Assembly (NCBI GenBank): GCA_046754465.1
Contig: JBHHVU010000047.1
Location: 1 to 24,462 of the forward strand
Direction of reading: 5' to 3'
Length of the DNA: 24,462 bases
Origin: Nitrospinaceae bacterium
Lineage (GTDB): Bacteria; Nitrospinota; Nitrospinia; Nitrospinales; VA-1
Shown here one piece after another: positions 24,037 through 24,462 of the stretch; within the stretch, counting starts at the first letter, position 1, and the number at the start of each line of letters is the position of its first letter. The translations under genes and the position numbers were made by a program. A model generated the notes under the pieces. The model ran no database searches. It was not told the origin of the DNA and saw only the letters and a list, made by a program, of their open reading frames with translations.

Positions 24037-24462
24037 TTAAATGGATTTGGGAGGATGCTTCAACGGGTCCGAGCCAGGGGGCTCATAACCGGAAAGGAGG
24101 GTGGCGAGGGTTTGGGAGTCCCCGGCCCGAAAAAGAGAACAGGAAGATTCGTTCAGTCCGCAAAAATGGTCGAATCCCGAAAGGGAAGGAAGGGCAGTGA
24201 AAGGTTGCCCGCCGCACTCCTGGCTGATCTTGCATTTCTTTCCGTGGCCCGTTTCCTTGGAATATTGATGGGGACAAGGCATGGCGGAAAAGTGCTTGTG
24301 GACCGGACAATAAAACGGACGGCTCTTTTTTTCCGAAGGGGTTCCCTCGTGGAAGGGGGAAAGAGGGGTGGGCCCGAAATGCGAGGTGTGGGCGAACACG
24401 GGCTTGATCCCCGGACCGAGCAGGATTAAAAAAACCAGGAAAACTGTGATTGATCGGATATG
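24037..24462 (-). CDS. His/Cys-rich exported small protein ending in HPPKSI (DUF2946/CruR/CutF-like architecture), 5'-partial
   Basis: The frame stays open beyond the track's GTG to the window edge (..HIRSITVFLVFLILLGPGIKPVFA-HTSH..), giving a hydrophobic signal. It contains CPVHKH, PCPH, C..SQECGG and a C-terminal DPLKHPPKSI. Confidence 0.7.
   Translation of the reverse strand, partial: HIRSITVFLVFLILLGPGIKPVFAHTSHFGPTPLSPFHEGTPSEKKSRPFYCPVHKHFSAMPCPHQYSKETGHGKKCKISQECGGQPFTALPSLSGFDHFCGLNESSCSLFRAGDSQTLATLLSGYEPPGSDPLKHPPKSI

Noticed and set aside
23452..24429. 325-aa plus-strand ORF
   Set aside because: Antisense to the porin and leader ORF; no domain features.
1..24462. CRISPR array, rRNA, transposase or integrase
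   Set aside because: No regularly spaced repeats, rRNA-like sequence or recombinase motifs seen by eye.

Overview
Bacterial chromosomal window, mostly GC-rich with several AT-richer stretches. Taxonomy cannot be fixed from the sequence; the gene content loosely suggests a Nitrospina-like or deltaproteobacterial-type diderm (low confidence). Left to right: (1) 1-2288 looks like the end of an island downstream of a minus-strand tRNA-Leu(CAA) at 2289-2375. It holds the 3' part of a RecD-like helicase with a nuclease-like tail and a toxin-first RelE/HigB-XRE toxin-antitoxin pair bracketed by a 32-bp direct repeat. (2) pyrF. (3) Three tandem TMTC-like membrane glycosyltransferase-TPR paralogs. (4) A GAF-sigma54 activator. 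(5) folD-xseA-xseB-tlyA-dcd, with tlyA frameshifted at an A9 run. (6) An AT-richer DUF1566 / HtrA protease pair and a 118-aa orphan. (7) The best candidate for an undescribed system, a minus-strand operon at 18239 to >24462: a His/Cys-rich secreted leader-like ORF ending in HPPK, a structured spacer, a BBP2-type outer-membrane barrel, an HxH membrane protein, and two paralogous exported FMN-binding-like proteins lacking the canonical flavinylation motif that flank a membrane-fused spermidine-synthase-like SAM enzyme. Family calls come from motif recognition by eye, not from database searches.
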